A DNA stretch of 63,964 nt, the filler included, from Choristocarpus tenellus KU-1152 (taxonomy: Eukaryota; Protista; Phaeophyceae), in the NCBI GenBank assembly GCA_964200185.2. It is 12 parts of 12 records of this genome, joined end to end, with 100 filler letters (N's around TTAATTAATTAA, not from the genome) between each part and the next. Parts side by side here need not be neighbours in the genome. Positions count along the whole stretch, not along the records: positions 1 to 4,938 come from CAXNAD020012453.1; positions 5,039 to 10,573 come from CAXNAD020010491.1; positions 10,674 to 17,030 come from CAXNAD020008312.1; 9 more parts are not named here. One strand, given 5' to 3'. This document shows, one piece after another, positions 1 to 11,358 of the stretch. Numbering within the stretch: position 1 is the first letter of the stretch; each line of letters starts with the position of its first letter. Below the pieces are notes generated by a model. That model was not told the origin of the DNA. It searched no databases and saw only the letters and a program-made list of their open reading frames with translations. Position numbers and translations under genes: made by a program.

Positions 1-95
1 GGGTCGGATTTGAAATGTCAGCAAAAAAAAAGTTGTTTGCCCGAAACAGATGCCCCCTCACAAACCACCCCCCCCCCCCCAAGATACTTTGACCC
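1..95. mobile_element. Right terminus of a MITE (C-tract + AGATACTTTGACCC)
   Basis: Ends in C-tract-AAGATACTTTGACCC, the same terminal motif as the complete elements at 1370-1523 and 2843-3022. Confidence 0.7.
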
Positions 96-711
96 GATAC
101 CTGCTCGCTTCTCCAGGCAACTCAGACTTGGGGACACATCCGACGCCAGGTTCAGCCAAGGAACCAGCTTCATCCTCTGCGCGAGTGGGGGGTCTATCGT
201 ACAGGGGAAGGTCAGCGATGTTCACGCGGACGGTTCAGAGGCGTACATTTACTCAATGCCCTACCTTGCGGACGATGGCGAAAAATCTTTGCCCCCTCAT
301 CTGAGGTCGTACATGACAGAGGACGAGATAGAAGAGGATGTCGACCAACTCCGGGAGCAGAAAAAGAGGGACAGTGTCGAGGCTGCAGCCCAGCGTGTCA
401 GACAATGCCGCTGGTTGATGGTTGGCCGCCAGCGGAAGCGTAGGGACATGGAGAAGGATGCGGAGAAATATATACTCCTTGAACCGACACTGAGGGCTGT
501 ACCGGATTTAGATGAAGGAGAAATACTCAATGCCGGTGCTAAGGGCAGGGGACTATACTTCAGATGGGACGATCAGTGCATGCGAGGGACCGTGACCGAG
601 TACCAGCCCCACTGCACGGTGAAAGTTGGAGATGAACGAGTCAGCCACGCCTACGAGGTTAAATGGGAGAATGGCGACTTGCGAAATATCCAGCTTCTTG
701 TCGAACGCTAA
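96..711 (+). CDS. Hypothetical protein fragment, 5' end cut by a MITE; C-terminal part possibly Tudor/SH3-like
   Basis: About 205 open codons downstream of the MITE end, with protein-like composition (charged helix EDEIEEDVDQLREQKKR; beta-rich YFRWDDQCMRGTVTEY...YEVKWENGD). No family recognised with certainty; could be TE-encoded. Confidence 0.4.
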
Positions 712-1369
712 AGTATAGACCAAGACTCTCCTACACGTGCCTGGTTCTGGACAAGTCTCACTCTGCCCCCATACTGACGAAAGACACGACTTTGAGGAGC
801 TACCTAGGCCAATTCCTGTTCGTGAGTCACCCTCTACTTCACGAATCAGACACGTGCCTCGACAGACATGTTATGATGGAGAGATCGAACGTTCTCTTAA
901 TCAACGGGTTTACACATTTGGTATATTGATTTTAATATCATCCTGAAGAGTTTGTGTTTATGTGTCCTCATACGCATGCTTTATTTGGCCCGCTGGCAAC
1001 CTAGATTTCATCTCGATTAGTGCGTTCTGCCACTATCCTCTAATACTTTTACTGCCATGCCTCAATCTATCTTCCTCCCTTCTTTGCGTTGATCGACCAC
1101 AGAGCAATTGACAAAAACCTTGCTAAAATAACGTTGACGCAGAAGCATCTCATACTCCATACCACCATGTACAGCACAAGTCGAGATTTTCGCAACAGAT
1201 GACCCATCTTCCACACCCAATCCAAACAGCGGCAACCATCCCAGCTCCAAACTTTGAACCCAATGGCAACTTCCCTGAGCCATAATCGCAAAGTCTACAC
1301 CCACTCGAGCGCCAAGCGCAGGTTCTAAAGGCATTTTATTCCAAAATACATCAAAAAAGGACGGTGACT

Positions 1370-1523
1370 GTGTCAAAGTATCTGGGGGGGGGTAGTGGTT
1401 AATGAGGGGGAGTCCGTTTCCGCCCCGACAAGGTGCTCAAAAATTATAGCAATTTCTGTCTCCAATTGTGGACAACGGACGCCCCATCATTAACCACCAC
1501 CACCCCCCCAGATACTTTGACCC
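1370..1523. mobile_element. MITE, short G/C-tract subfamily (154 bp)
   Basis: Imperfect terminal inverted repeats of about 50 bp: GTGTCAAAGTATCTGGGG..TAGTGGTTAATGAGGGGGAGTCCGTT / AACGGACGCCCCATCATTAACCACCACC..CCAGATACTTTGACCC; non-coding. Confidence 0.8.
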
Positions 1524-1579
1524 CTGAATGCCTTCACATTTCCAACAAAGCAGTAAAGCAGTACATTTGTTAGTTGCAA

Positions 1580-3385
1580 CACGCGCCAGAACTTACCTCC
1601 ACAGGACGTGTAGCTCTAATCCAACTACCTTTAAAGGAGGCTATTGGAGTATTTCCACAGTTGATAGCCACTTGCGGTGTCAGCCACTCTTCTCTCGATA
1701 CTTCACTCAGTGCTTAGCTTATTGCTTGACTTAATGTTTTATTCGAGAAAGAGTGAAAGAGGTGCGTTGAGTGGCTCTCAAAAGCACTCTTATATTAGCA
1801 TCACCCACCTAATTTCTACAGACTATAAGTTTAAAGACATCTGCAAGCTGTTACGCATACTCCAATTAAATATCTTTTCTGTAACTTCTAGGATATCGGG
1901 ATTCATTCTGTAAGGTCACCTATGTGTTAAGAATCTTACTTTGCAACTTCTAGCAAATTTGTATTCATTCTGTAAGATTACTTATGTATTTCAAATCTTC
2001 CTCTGCATCTTCTAGCAAATCAGAGTTCCTACATTGTAAGAATGTGTGTATTCTGCTCGCGCTTGCTAGAATACGAGAAGAAATACTCGCGCTATTCGCC
2101 TGTAACACTTGCACTTACCTGTCGTACGCTGTCTTAAACTGCTCATGAGGATAGCCAGGATTATAAAGTCAAACAATTGAGGCTTGGGAAGGTTTGAACC
2201 CCTTTACATTCTAAGCCATCTCTTTGACCCTGTGCAATACACTCTATTTCATTCCTTCATATGCGCAATAATGTACGCAAAATTGATACTACCACTTTCC
2301 ACGCACTAGGTGACATCACAATTCAGCAAAGACTCTTTCTGCAATTGTACAAAGTAGCATCTTCTTGGTCAATCTGCGAATCCTTAAGACACAATTCTGC
2401 CTACCTCTCCGGTAGTTTGACTTGTAAAGTTGTGACTGCTGTACCACGTACTGGATGATCTTACTCTCCTGGTACAGTATCCACCTCTGAATGCTCGAGT
2501 TAGTCGATTACTATTCTGGATGGTGTTGTGGTGTTGCTGAAGGATGTCCAACTCCGTATGTCACTGTTCCGTGTTTTCTTCAGGCCTCTCAATCTCTGAT
2601 CCTGACTGATCCTCAAAGTAGATGAGGAGACCGTCATAGTTGCACACAAGAGGCCAACGCATGTGTTACAGCACGCTCCAGAACTCACCTCTACAGGATG
2701 CGCAGCTCAAATCCAACGACCTTTTTTCGACCCTATGGGGGCGTTGCCCTTGGTAACAGTTTCTTGGGTGTCAGACATCCTTCTCTCGATACTCCACTCA
2801 GAGCTTAGCTCAGTGCTCGACTCAATGTTTCGTTCAAGATAAGGCTCAAAGTATCTGGGAGGGGGTGGCGGCTGTCCATTTGGGGGCAATTTTTTAATGT
2901 CGCGATTTTTGGGTGATTTGGTTGCGTACGTCGGATGGATAATGTAAATACACTTTTCCTGATTTTGACCCGAATGGATCCCCTGGTGTAGTTCCCTCCC
3001 CCCCTCCCAGATATGTTGGGTCATAAAAGGACTGTTTTAAAAGGGGGTAATGGTTATTGTCATCATTCACCTATTTTCTTTAGACTTCTATGGTAAAAGA
3101 TATCTGCAAACTGCTGTATACATACTCCAATCATAAACCTTTATTCTGCAACTTCTAGAAACTTTGACGTTTCTTCTGTAAGGTTACGTATGCATTACGA
3201 ATCTTACTCTGCATCTTCTAAGGAGTCAGCATTTATTCTGTAAGGCTACCTATGTGGTACTAATCTTGTATACTGCTCGCGCTTGTTAGAACACAAGAAG
3301 AAATGCTCGCGCTATTTGCCTGTAACAATTGCTCGCGTTTGCTAGAACACGAGAAGAAATGCTCGCGCTATTCGCCTGTAACGCA
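1580..3385 (+). repeat. Two diverged direct copies (about 1580-2110 and 2660-3385) of a dispersed repeat containing about 61-bp and about 46-bp tandem subunits
   Basis: Shared blocks such as CTTCTCTCGATAC..CACTCAG.GCTTAGCT, TCTGCA.CTTCTAG..ATTCTGTAAGG..ACCTATG and GAGAAGAAATGCTCGCGCTATTCGCCTGTAAC. The subunits recur at 35451-35650, and 2310-2410 resembles 61035-61135. Probably a decayed LTR-element family. Confidence 0.6.
2843..3022. mobile_element. MITE (180 bp) with apparent 4-bp ATAA target-site duplication
   Basis: Termini GGCTCAAAGTATCTGGGAGGGGG / CCCCCTCCCAGATATGTTGGGTC; ATAA at 2839-2842 and 3023-3026; absent from the paralogous repeat copy near 1750. Confidence 0.8.
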
Positions 3386-3399
3386 TGCACCAGTTATTG

Positions 3400-3960
3400 A
3401 GTAGAAGGATCAAACTTGGTGTAGTTCTTAGAGGGCACACCTGAGGTCTTTTCCTCCTCAAGGCACTGTTTGAGGTTGTTGAACTCCATCTGAGATGATT
3501 TGGAGAAGAAATCATTTTCCTGAAGAAAAGAAGGAAAAAACTATACGAATGTTTAGGGAACAACAAAGTAGGGTAAGGCATTGAGAACAAGAGAATTGAA
3601 TTATACAAGTTATGATACTGGGAGTATGAAATAGCACAACGAATGAACTTGCTTTCCAATGCTATCATCAACGTTCATGGGTGTTTGCTCGGATCTACTG
3701 CTGCTGCTGTGGTGGGGGCAAGGCTGATGATGTGGCGTGCAACACATTTGGACGGAGATTATAAACTCTTTATCCTCTTTTGAGCTGTGTTGCCATACCA
3801 ACCTCATCACTCGTTGTGCATAATGCCCCATTGACTGTGAACCCCACCATTTTACCAATGCCAAGGCCATCCATTTTTGCTATCATGACTTTCAATCAAG
3901 AGGTGATGTCCAGGTCGCCTCTTAACCACACTTCAATGTTTGCAATCCCACTAACGTTAT
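3400..3960 (-). pseudogene. Degenerate hAT-superfamily transposase fragment
   Basis: Minus-strand KMVGFTVNGALCTTSDEVGMATQLKR resembles the hAT xDGAxxMxGxxxGV motif; downstream are a degenerate CxxH-like segment and LRWSS (TRW-like); stops and frameshifts present. Confidence 0.4.
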
Positions 3961-4059
3961 GAATGCCTTGAGTTCCTCGTTGGAATTAATTAACACACAA
4001 ACAATTATTAATAATATTTACTGTTAACAATATTGCAACTATAATTAACATACAATATA

Positions 4060-4295
4060 TGTGGGATGCTTCCCTAGCTCCTCGCTGGGGTGTGTAGGGC
4101 AAAACTAGGTTGGAGGCATAGGAGGGGGGTGGTGTAGCATAGCAGGTAGAAAAATAGTAACTAGATTATAGAAAAATGTCTTCCATATTTACGATGGCTG
4201 TTACTTTTTCAGGGATTGTTGTGATATTTAATAATTAACTTTTTCTTGGTTTTTCTTCTGACACATTTGCAAAATGTCAGAGAGCATAATAGTAA
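4060..4295 (+). mobile_element. 5'-truncated 3' end of the CRE-like non-LTR retrotransposon family
   Basis: Similar to 56730-56915 (GGGATGCTTCCC.AGCTCCTC; CTGTTACTTTTT.AGGG); ends in TCTGACA-loop-TGTCAGA hairpin followed by an AAT-rich tail. Confidence 0.6.
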
Positions 4296-4938
4296 ATTAA
4301 TATATATATATGTCGTGGACCCTGGTTCATGTGGATCAATCTCCACTTTGATTGGTTGCGACCAGTGAGAACAGAAAGGGAAAGTTTATGAAGTAATTTG
4401 AGTTTTATGGGTGGAAGAATTCTGGTTGGTTGGGGGCACAGGGAACAATAGTGGAGGGGACAGAGAGAAGAATAAGAACTAGCTAGAAGGGAACGAATAG
4501 TCAAGTAATGAAGGGCTAAGAGAGGGAAGAGAGAAGTTAAAGAAATGAGTGGTAGATAGAGGTACAGGGAAAGAAGGAATGGTCAATATTGAAACAATGG
4601 CCGAGGGGTGGGGGTACAAGACGAGGAGGGAGAAAACAAGACAACCTCCAAGCAAGCTCTCCCGCCCACCCACCCTGTTGCTTGCTAACGAATGATGGGG
4701 ATACTGGGACAAGGGGAAGGGAGGCCAACTTTGGACGGGGTAGATGTCTTCTAGCTCAAAGGCATAGTAAGAAGTGGATGGTGAAGGGGTGTTCTTGGAT
4801 GATTGTGGAGTGGTGTTGAGTGGCGTGGGGTGAGTGGAGTGGTAACTGGTGTGAGGTTGAAGGGTGGGGGGGTGAAGGGGTGTCACACTGGTTGGTCATC
4901 AGATGTGGGGGGTGACTGGAAATCAGTGGCAAAGGGGG

Positions 4939-5038
4939 NNNNNNNNNNNNNNNNNNNNNNNNNNNNNNNNNNNNNNNNNNNNTTAATTAATTAANNNNNN
5001 NNNNNNNNNNNNNNNNNNNNNNNNNNNNNNNNNNNNNN
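4939..5038. other. Artificial contig linker (first of 11)
   Basis: 44 N + TTAATTAATTAA (stop codons in all six frames) + 44 N. Others at 10574-10673, 17031-17130, 31197-31296, 35351-35450, 40067-40166, 47276-47375, 50642-50741, 54682-54781, 58373-58472, 61343-61442. Confidence 0.98.
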
Positions 5039-5058
5039 CCTCCCAGATACTTTGAGCC

Positions 5059-6500
5059 AATGGTGAAGATGGTTTTCTTGCTAAAGGGAGACCACCATAC
5101 CACAACCACTGCATAGATTTCACTTGGAATGTGTGGTTGGTGCAGCCTTCGACGGGGCAGGTATCAAGGGTTAAACTCAGGCAGCAGTTTGGTGGCTGTT
5201 GCAATTCCAGCTAGTGTAAAGAACGCTTGGAGGGGATGCGCAGAATGTTGAGGGTCAAACCCAAGAGAGTCATCATGCGGGAGGTTGTACTGACTTGTTG
5301 GTCGTCCACCTATTCCATGGTGGATCGCATCCTGTGTGTCAAGCCTGTCATAATTCTTCAGGAGAACATTGATGGTGACCCACCAAGTATGTCAACATTC
5401 AGTTGGGACGGAAGGAGTTACATAATATTGACATCACACAGGCTCTGTTCTTTCTTCACATTTAAAGTTGTCTGAAGGTCACCAACTACGGCATTTCATT
5501 TTTCATTTCTTGTTGCTCCTCGTTTTAGCCTCTTATGATATTTTAATCTTTCTTCCCCATCTCCCATCTCGCCTCATTTTTCTTCATCTTTTCCTGCTAT
5601 ACTCATGTGATGATCATTCAATAAAACACTTACTCAAGCCCATCATGGAAGCCCAAAGACGCTTGAGGTTGACGATATGTGATAGTCTCTCTAGTTATCC
5701 CTTGTATCAATGATATACAAATGGAGCTCGATAATACTGTGAAAGTCAATAATGCCTTCAAAGCCACCACCCCTGAAAACTGCTGTGCACATATACGTAA
5801 TTGTGATGTCATCTGATTTCGTGAACTGGTTGGGTACAGGAAGGAATACTGCCCAGTACTCCGAGGGTGAGAACAGGAAGCCCAGAGGGTATATTAAGTG
5901 GAAGCAGATCATGGCTACTTGACTAGATCCCAATCTCCAAACCCTCTACAGGGTTCCACAGAATGAGCAGAGAAATTTGGAGGCAGGTGGAGTTGGTAGT
6001 TCCGAGCACTGTGGAAGAGGAGCACAGAGCACAGGAGGCAGAGAATGGCCCCCCTGTGGTGGGCTTGGTTCCACCAAGGGCCATGCAACTGCCCATATGG
6101 AGCAGCGTTAGCCCTCCCATAAGAGGGAGAGTAGGTTCATAAGAGCCTCTCTTGAAATGAATGGGAGGGGTTCATATGCTGGTGGTGGGATGGTGGAACA
6201 AACGGCCAGGGAGTACATGGAGGAATCAACTCGTGTTGAGGTTGATGCCTTCAAGGTTGCAGGAGGGCTACCAGTGCTTGGGAATGAAAGTTGAGGTTAC
6301 AACAATCCGCTCAAGTGGTGGTCGGAAAGGAGCTCAAGATTTCTGCACCTACCCAAACTTGCCCACCACATTTGACCAGTCTTGTTACTTCCACACAAAC
6401 AGACTCAAGATAGCATGTTATCAGCAACAGGCAATATTGTATCCTTAAACCAGAACAGACTGAATCCAGACAATCTGCAATTCTTGTCTTCCCTCGCATC
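5059..6500 (+). pseudogene. hAT transposase pseudogene (C-terminal half, including dimerisation domain)
   Basis: EVVLTCWSSTYSMVDRIL (TRWNSTYxML-like, about 5280-5335); AT*LDP (about 5915-5932); NPLKWWSERSSRFLHLPKLA...SATGNIVSLNQNRLNPDNL (about 6300-6480, hAT dimerisation-like); multiple stops; MITE terminus at 5039-5058. Confidence 0.75.
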
Positions 6501-7457
6501 ACCTGGGGCACATGATGCTGCCAAGAAAAACAGCAGAAAGGATACCACCTGAAGACCCGAACAGTCACAGTGGCAGCACCGTGTACCCTCGATTACGTAG
6601 ACACACAGATCAAAGATGTATGTAATGAATGTTTAGTTCTATGTACTCCAGAGTACAACACAAACAAAATGAAGCCATATGCCCTCCTTGTTGGTGACTG
6701 TAACTCATGACGAAGTCATGCACTTGTTCCTCCTGCTTGCCAGTCAGTTACTCCCGAAAATCGCCGCCTGAGTCAGCCCCTCGCACGTCTATTGATCCAT
6801 CCTCAGGAGTCTTGCCCTTTTCGAACCACAAACTTCGCACACTTCCCGCACCTTGTGATTGCACACTCTCAGCAGCTCACACACCACGAGGATACAGGTT
6901 CTTGCTCCCTGGGGCCACAGTGGAGCAGGGGAAGCACCCGATTCTCACCTTTATCACTTGCTTGCTCTCTGTGGCCCCATCTGATCCAGGCACGTTTGCA
7001 TTGGCTGTCATTTTTGACTTTGGCGGCCCACGGTGGCAGAGGTGTCCAGCTTCTTCCACCTTCACTTGCACTTTATCATGGCCAAGCCCAGCACCACGCA
7101 CACATGTTCACCCTTGTCTTGTGAACGACTGCAGCTTTCCACATTCTGTGTATGGGATCTGGTGCTACACCCTCTGGTTTGCTCTACTACTCCTTGTCCC
7201 ACGATCACATGGTTTGGAGGGGAGCTCAACAAGTCCTCCCCATCATACAATCCTCTTGATATGCATACGGTAGCTGTAATAGAGGTGTAGAAATTGGAGT
7301 TAAATTGCCTGTTATTGTTAATTTGTTTTTGAGGCGGATATGTTTGTCATGAAGTATTATGGTTCCTTTCGTTGTAGTTAATTTCTGCACATTGGATGGA
7401 TGTTACACTGAGTCAATGACACGTACTCACCCTGCCCACAACAACCCCTCCAACAAT

Positions 7458-8400
7458 TCATCTCCTTCTCCCACCAACGTCACCATCCTTCCTGTGGCTC
7501 CTACTTGTGCTTCTGCTCCTACTCCTACTCCTGTGATGGTTCATTTTCCCCTTGTGCTTCCCACTGTGGGGATTATGCTGGTTGCCTCTCCTAGAGTCCT
7601 CTCTCTTCCCATGCCGGTCACTCTCTTTGCGCCAATCCCTGGTATCATCCCTATCCCTGTGTTCTCTGTGTCTTTTACCATGTCCTCCCCTATCCCACCC
7701 AGTCCTATCCTCTTTGTCCCTCTCTCCATCTACGTGCCTCCTTTGGGTTTGATGCACCAATGACCCCCTGTCCTCCTTTGTCTTCCCATACACAACATCT
7801 GAATTCCTTCTCTCTCTGTCCATCTCAACGCCATTCTGTTCTCTCACTGGTTCCAACCTCGGACCGTGGGCTCTGTTTGGTCCTACCTCCCGACCCGACT
7901 TATGAAGTCTTCCCTCTGGTTTCTCACTCGTGTACCTATCTATGCCATGGCCTCTCTTCTCACTGGTCCCCTGCCCCACACCATTCCTATCCCTGCCCCT
8001 ATCCACCCCCCAGTCCTGACCAACCTCATCTCTTCTCTCTCGCTTCCTTGATCTGGAGACTTTCTCCCCTTCTCTCCTACTCTCATGATAATGACTGCCC
8101 TTATCTCTTTCTCCTACCCTCCCCCTCTGACCACTGTGCGACAGGGGGGTTGATTTCTCAACATGGGTTGCTGGAAGGTTCCCCCACTTGCTCTGCCTTG
8201 TCCGCACCAAAGGTTCCTTGCTCGATCCCTGTATATGTGGGGCATCCTGTTTACCCCTGTCCTCTTCCAATGTATCATGTCTTGATTGGGCAGTTTGTCC
8301 ATGGGAAGGCATTGTTGACAAGCGCTGTTGCTTGGTGTGGTGTTGGCTGTTGGCGCTCTTGCCACTTTTGAGCTTTTGTCCCCCCTGAACTCTCCTTTTG
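7458..8400 (-). CDS. Probable exon of an Arg/Ser/Asp-rich low-complexity protein (SR-related); boundaries uncertain
   Basis: Part of ORF 7458-8789; RS/RD dipeptide tracts (RSRSRSRSTSRSHRKD, DRDDTRDWRKESDRH). A frameshifted RanBP2-like zinc-finger pattern (CxxxxxCN..CEVCGSKR) lies downstream near 6815-6890. Confidence 0.4.
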
Positions 8401-8599
8401 TAATTAGACCTGTTCAGAAGTCCATTCTTGTTGATTTGTTGTTGGCGAAGGGCTAGGGCTAGGGCTAGGACTTGGGTTGGAGTTTGAACTCGATCAAATA
8501 TGTGAGTAGAGATCCGTGTTCTTGGGAGGTGCTCCTTATCTTTACTCCACCCCACAATGTAAGCAATCTCACAACAAAGAGTCAATCTTGTCAAGAACC

Positions 8600-9312
8600 T
8601 AAGAGCACGTTTCACAAGACTTACAGATAACCACAGCAAAATAATGATGCCAACTTCCCTGTTTGCTATCCATGTGGAGGACCTCATTGGTTTACTGTAA
8701 GGCTCGTGTGTGGCATCTGATCGATTTCTTGCTGACAATGATACCATATCACGACCCACTATGGGGCCATAAACATTTTGAATAAGCACTGCTTTTGCAA
8801 AAACTCAGACTTAACTACTCAATTCCCACCTTCACATGACCCCCTCTCACCAGTTCCAGGCATCATGGGGTCATGTCTAGTTGCCAAAAGACATGTGGTT
8901 TCAAAGTCAAGGCAACAACCATTCCAAAATACAATGAATGTTGAGTTTAGCACAAGCCAACAACATGTTCGAGACCGTTACCTTTCCTCACGTTTTTTTA
9001 TAACAATTAATCGCTAATAACTTTACACTACATTTCACATAATTTTGAACACCCACTCTGAGTGCCACTACATACTGTTGAACACCTTCAATAAGAAACC
9101 CACATTTCAAGAGCAACGTTGCAACAATCACACTAGTAGGTAGTTCTCATTTGGAGCACTGACATGGAGTAACAAAAGGGGTAAAGAGTAAATAGGCATC
9201 AAAATAGAAAAGCATTGTTTAATTTCATGGGGGTATCTCCTGTTTACAATCTCATAGACACCATCCGTGCACCTGACCCTCCCTACCAAGGCTTCTCAGT
9301 ATGAGGGGGGAG
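8600..9312 (+). pseudogene. Highly degraded Copia RT/RNase H remnant
   Basis: LFAIHVEDLI (YVDD-like) near 8660-8690, and a purine tract GAGGGGGGAG at about 9303-9312 as a possible PPT; weak support. Confidence 0.3.
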
Positions 9313-10524
9313 TTAACATTCCAATGAACACTAGTCCAAGGGCTTCCAGAAGAGAGATGCTATGCAACGTTCCTAATTATGTATCTTGTAAAAAAAAAAG
9401 GTAGTAACTTCAACATCAAGTTTCACCCTCCTCAATCATCAATCAAGTCCTTAACAAGGATCAAAGTTCACCCACCAGTCCTTCCATCCCACTTCACCTT
9501 CTACGACCTTCTGAGCATCATATCTACAGTCCAAATCAGAAGTTCATCAACGCCAACATCTTACAGACTTCATAACTGTTGCACTCGACAGTACGTACTT
9601 GTATAGAAGTACAACCGACTGCACCACCAGTACCACAGCAAGTCCTTGGTTCAGACCACTGAGAGTCCTCGCAACTACAACAAACCACAAGGTGTCTTCC
9701 TTGGCTTCCCAGTGCCAACAAAACAGTTCCTATCACAATACCTCCCCCACCCTACCTCCCTGGGAACTCACCACTCCTTGGCCACTGACTGACTGAAGTC
9801 CACCCTTATTCGACGGTCATCGATAAGAACATTGTTCATTTTCTTGAATGCCTAATATTGAAACAGACCAACAGGGGGGGGGCAGGGGGAAGTGACAATG
9901 GTTGTCCGCCCAAAGCAAAGTAGTAAGAAAAAACAACCGTGGCCAGGGGAGGAGAACACCAAGCTCTCTGCAAGGCTTACATAACTACATATACCATGTA
10001 TTCAATGACGTATCATATATATACACAACTGATCGTTGCCTATGCTACCACTCTCCCACCCCCCCCCCCCCCCCCCCCCCCCCCTCCCCCCCCTCTTTCG
10101 GAAGACCCACAAACATCGCCCCCACCACCACTCTCAANNNNNNNNNNCCCCCCCCCTCCCTCCCTCCCTCCCATGTGTGTATAAACCAAAAAACCTTCTC
10201 CCTTAATGCCTTCAAAAAACAAGCCTGGTAGGACGAATCCAAGTATCTCTAAAATATGCACACATCAGACGATAAATAAATCAGAAGACTCTTTCACCCC
10301 GGATAAGAGGGAGTATGGGCAGCGATGTGATGCACCCCATACTAACACTTAATATTAGAGTGAGGACAAATCGCTTGGGTTACTCAATGCATTATGGGTG
10401 CTAAGGTTAGGGCTACATCTGTTCTCGTTGGAGCCAGGGTTAAGGGTCAACCCAAGGGTATAACAGCAGAGTCATGGATAGAGCACTGAACACATTCAAA
10501 ACTACGATGAATGTCAACCCACTT

Positions 10525-10573
<49 letters not shown>

Positions 10574-10962
10574 NNNNNNNNNNNNNNNNNNNNNNNNNNN
10601 NNNNNNNNNNNNNNNNNTTAATTAATTAANNNNNNNNNNNNNNNNNNNNNNNNNNNNNNNNNNNNNNNNNNNNACTTTCCGCGCACCATTTTGGGTCAAA
10701 CCCATCCTCCATAGTATGCTCCATCCTCAATTTTGGTTAGAGGCTGTTATCTGTGTATTGTACAATACAAAATGGAAGTCCTTTGTCTGGTGTCGCGAGT
10801 CAAGAATAAACACGCAGAAAACCCCAACAACTCTTCTCAAAACGTGTTAATTCACCGATTTTCAAATGTTTCACTTGTTATTTTACTCTCCGCTCTATAT
10901 ACCCTCAACATGTCTATATTGAGCTTATCCTTGTTCCATCTCCAACACCTTGCAATTCACCA

Positions 10963-11358
10963 ATGAGTCAACATGGTGCTCTGTACGTGCCCAAGTATGG
11001 AGGTGCCAAGGAAGATAACGAGAAGAAGCACGTCCCTAAGAAGAGGATTGTCCTGTCCGTCCCTTCAAAACATCCTCCACCCTTGAACCCCCAAATGAGG
11101 CAACATGGCGCTCTGTACGTGCCCAAGTATGGAGGTGCCAAGGAAGATAACGAGAAGAAGCACGTTCCTAAGAAGAGGATGGCCCCGTCCCTCCCTTCGA
11201 AATATCCTCCACCCCTGAATCGCAAAATGAGTCAACATGGCGCTCTGTACGTGCCCAAGTATGGAGGTGCCAAGGAAGATAACGAGAAGAAGCACGCCTC
11301 TAAGAAGAGGATGGTCCCATCCCTCCCTTCGAAACATCCTCCACCCCTGAACCGCAAG
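10963..11358 (+). repeat. Three coding tandem repeats of 132 bp (44 aa)
   Basis: Units start at ATGs 10963, 11095 and 11227: M(S/R)QHGALYVPKYGGAKEDNEKKH..KKR...PSK(H/Y)PPPLN. Confidence 0.95.
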
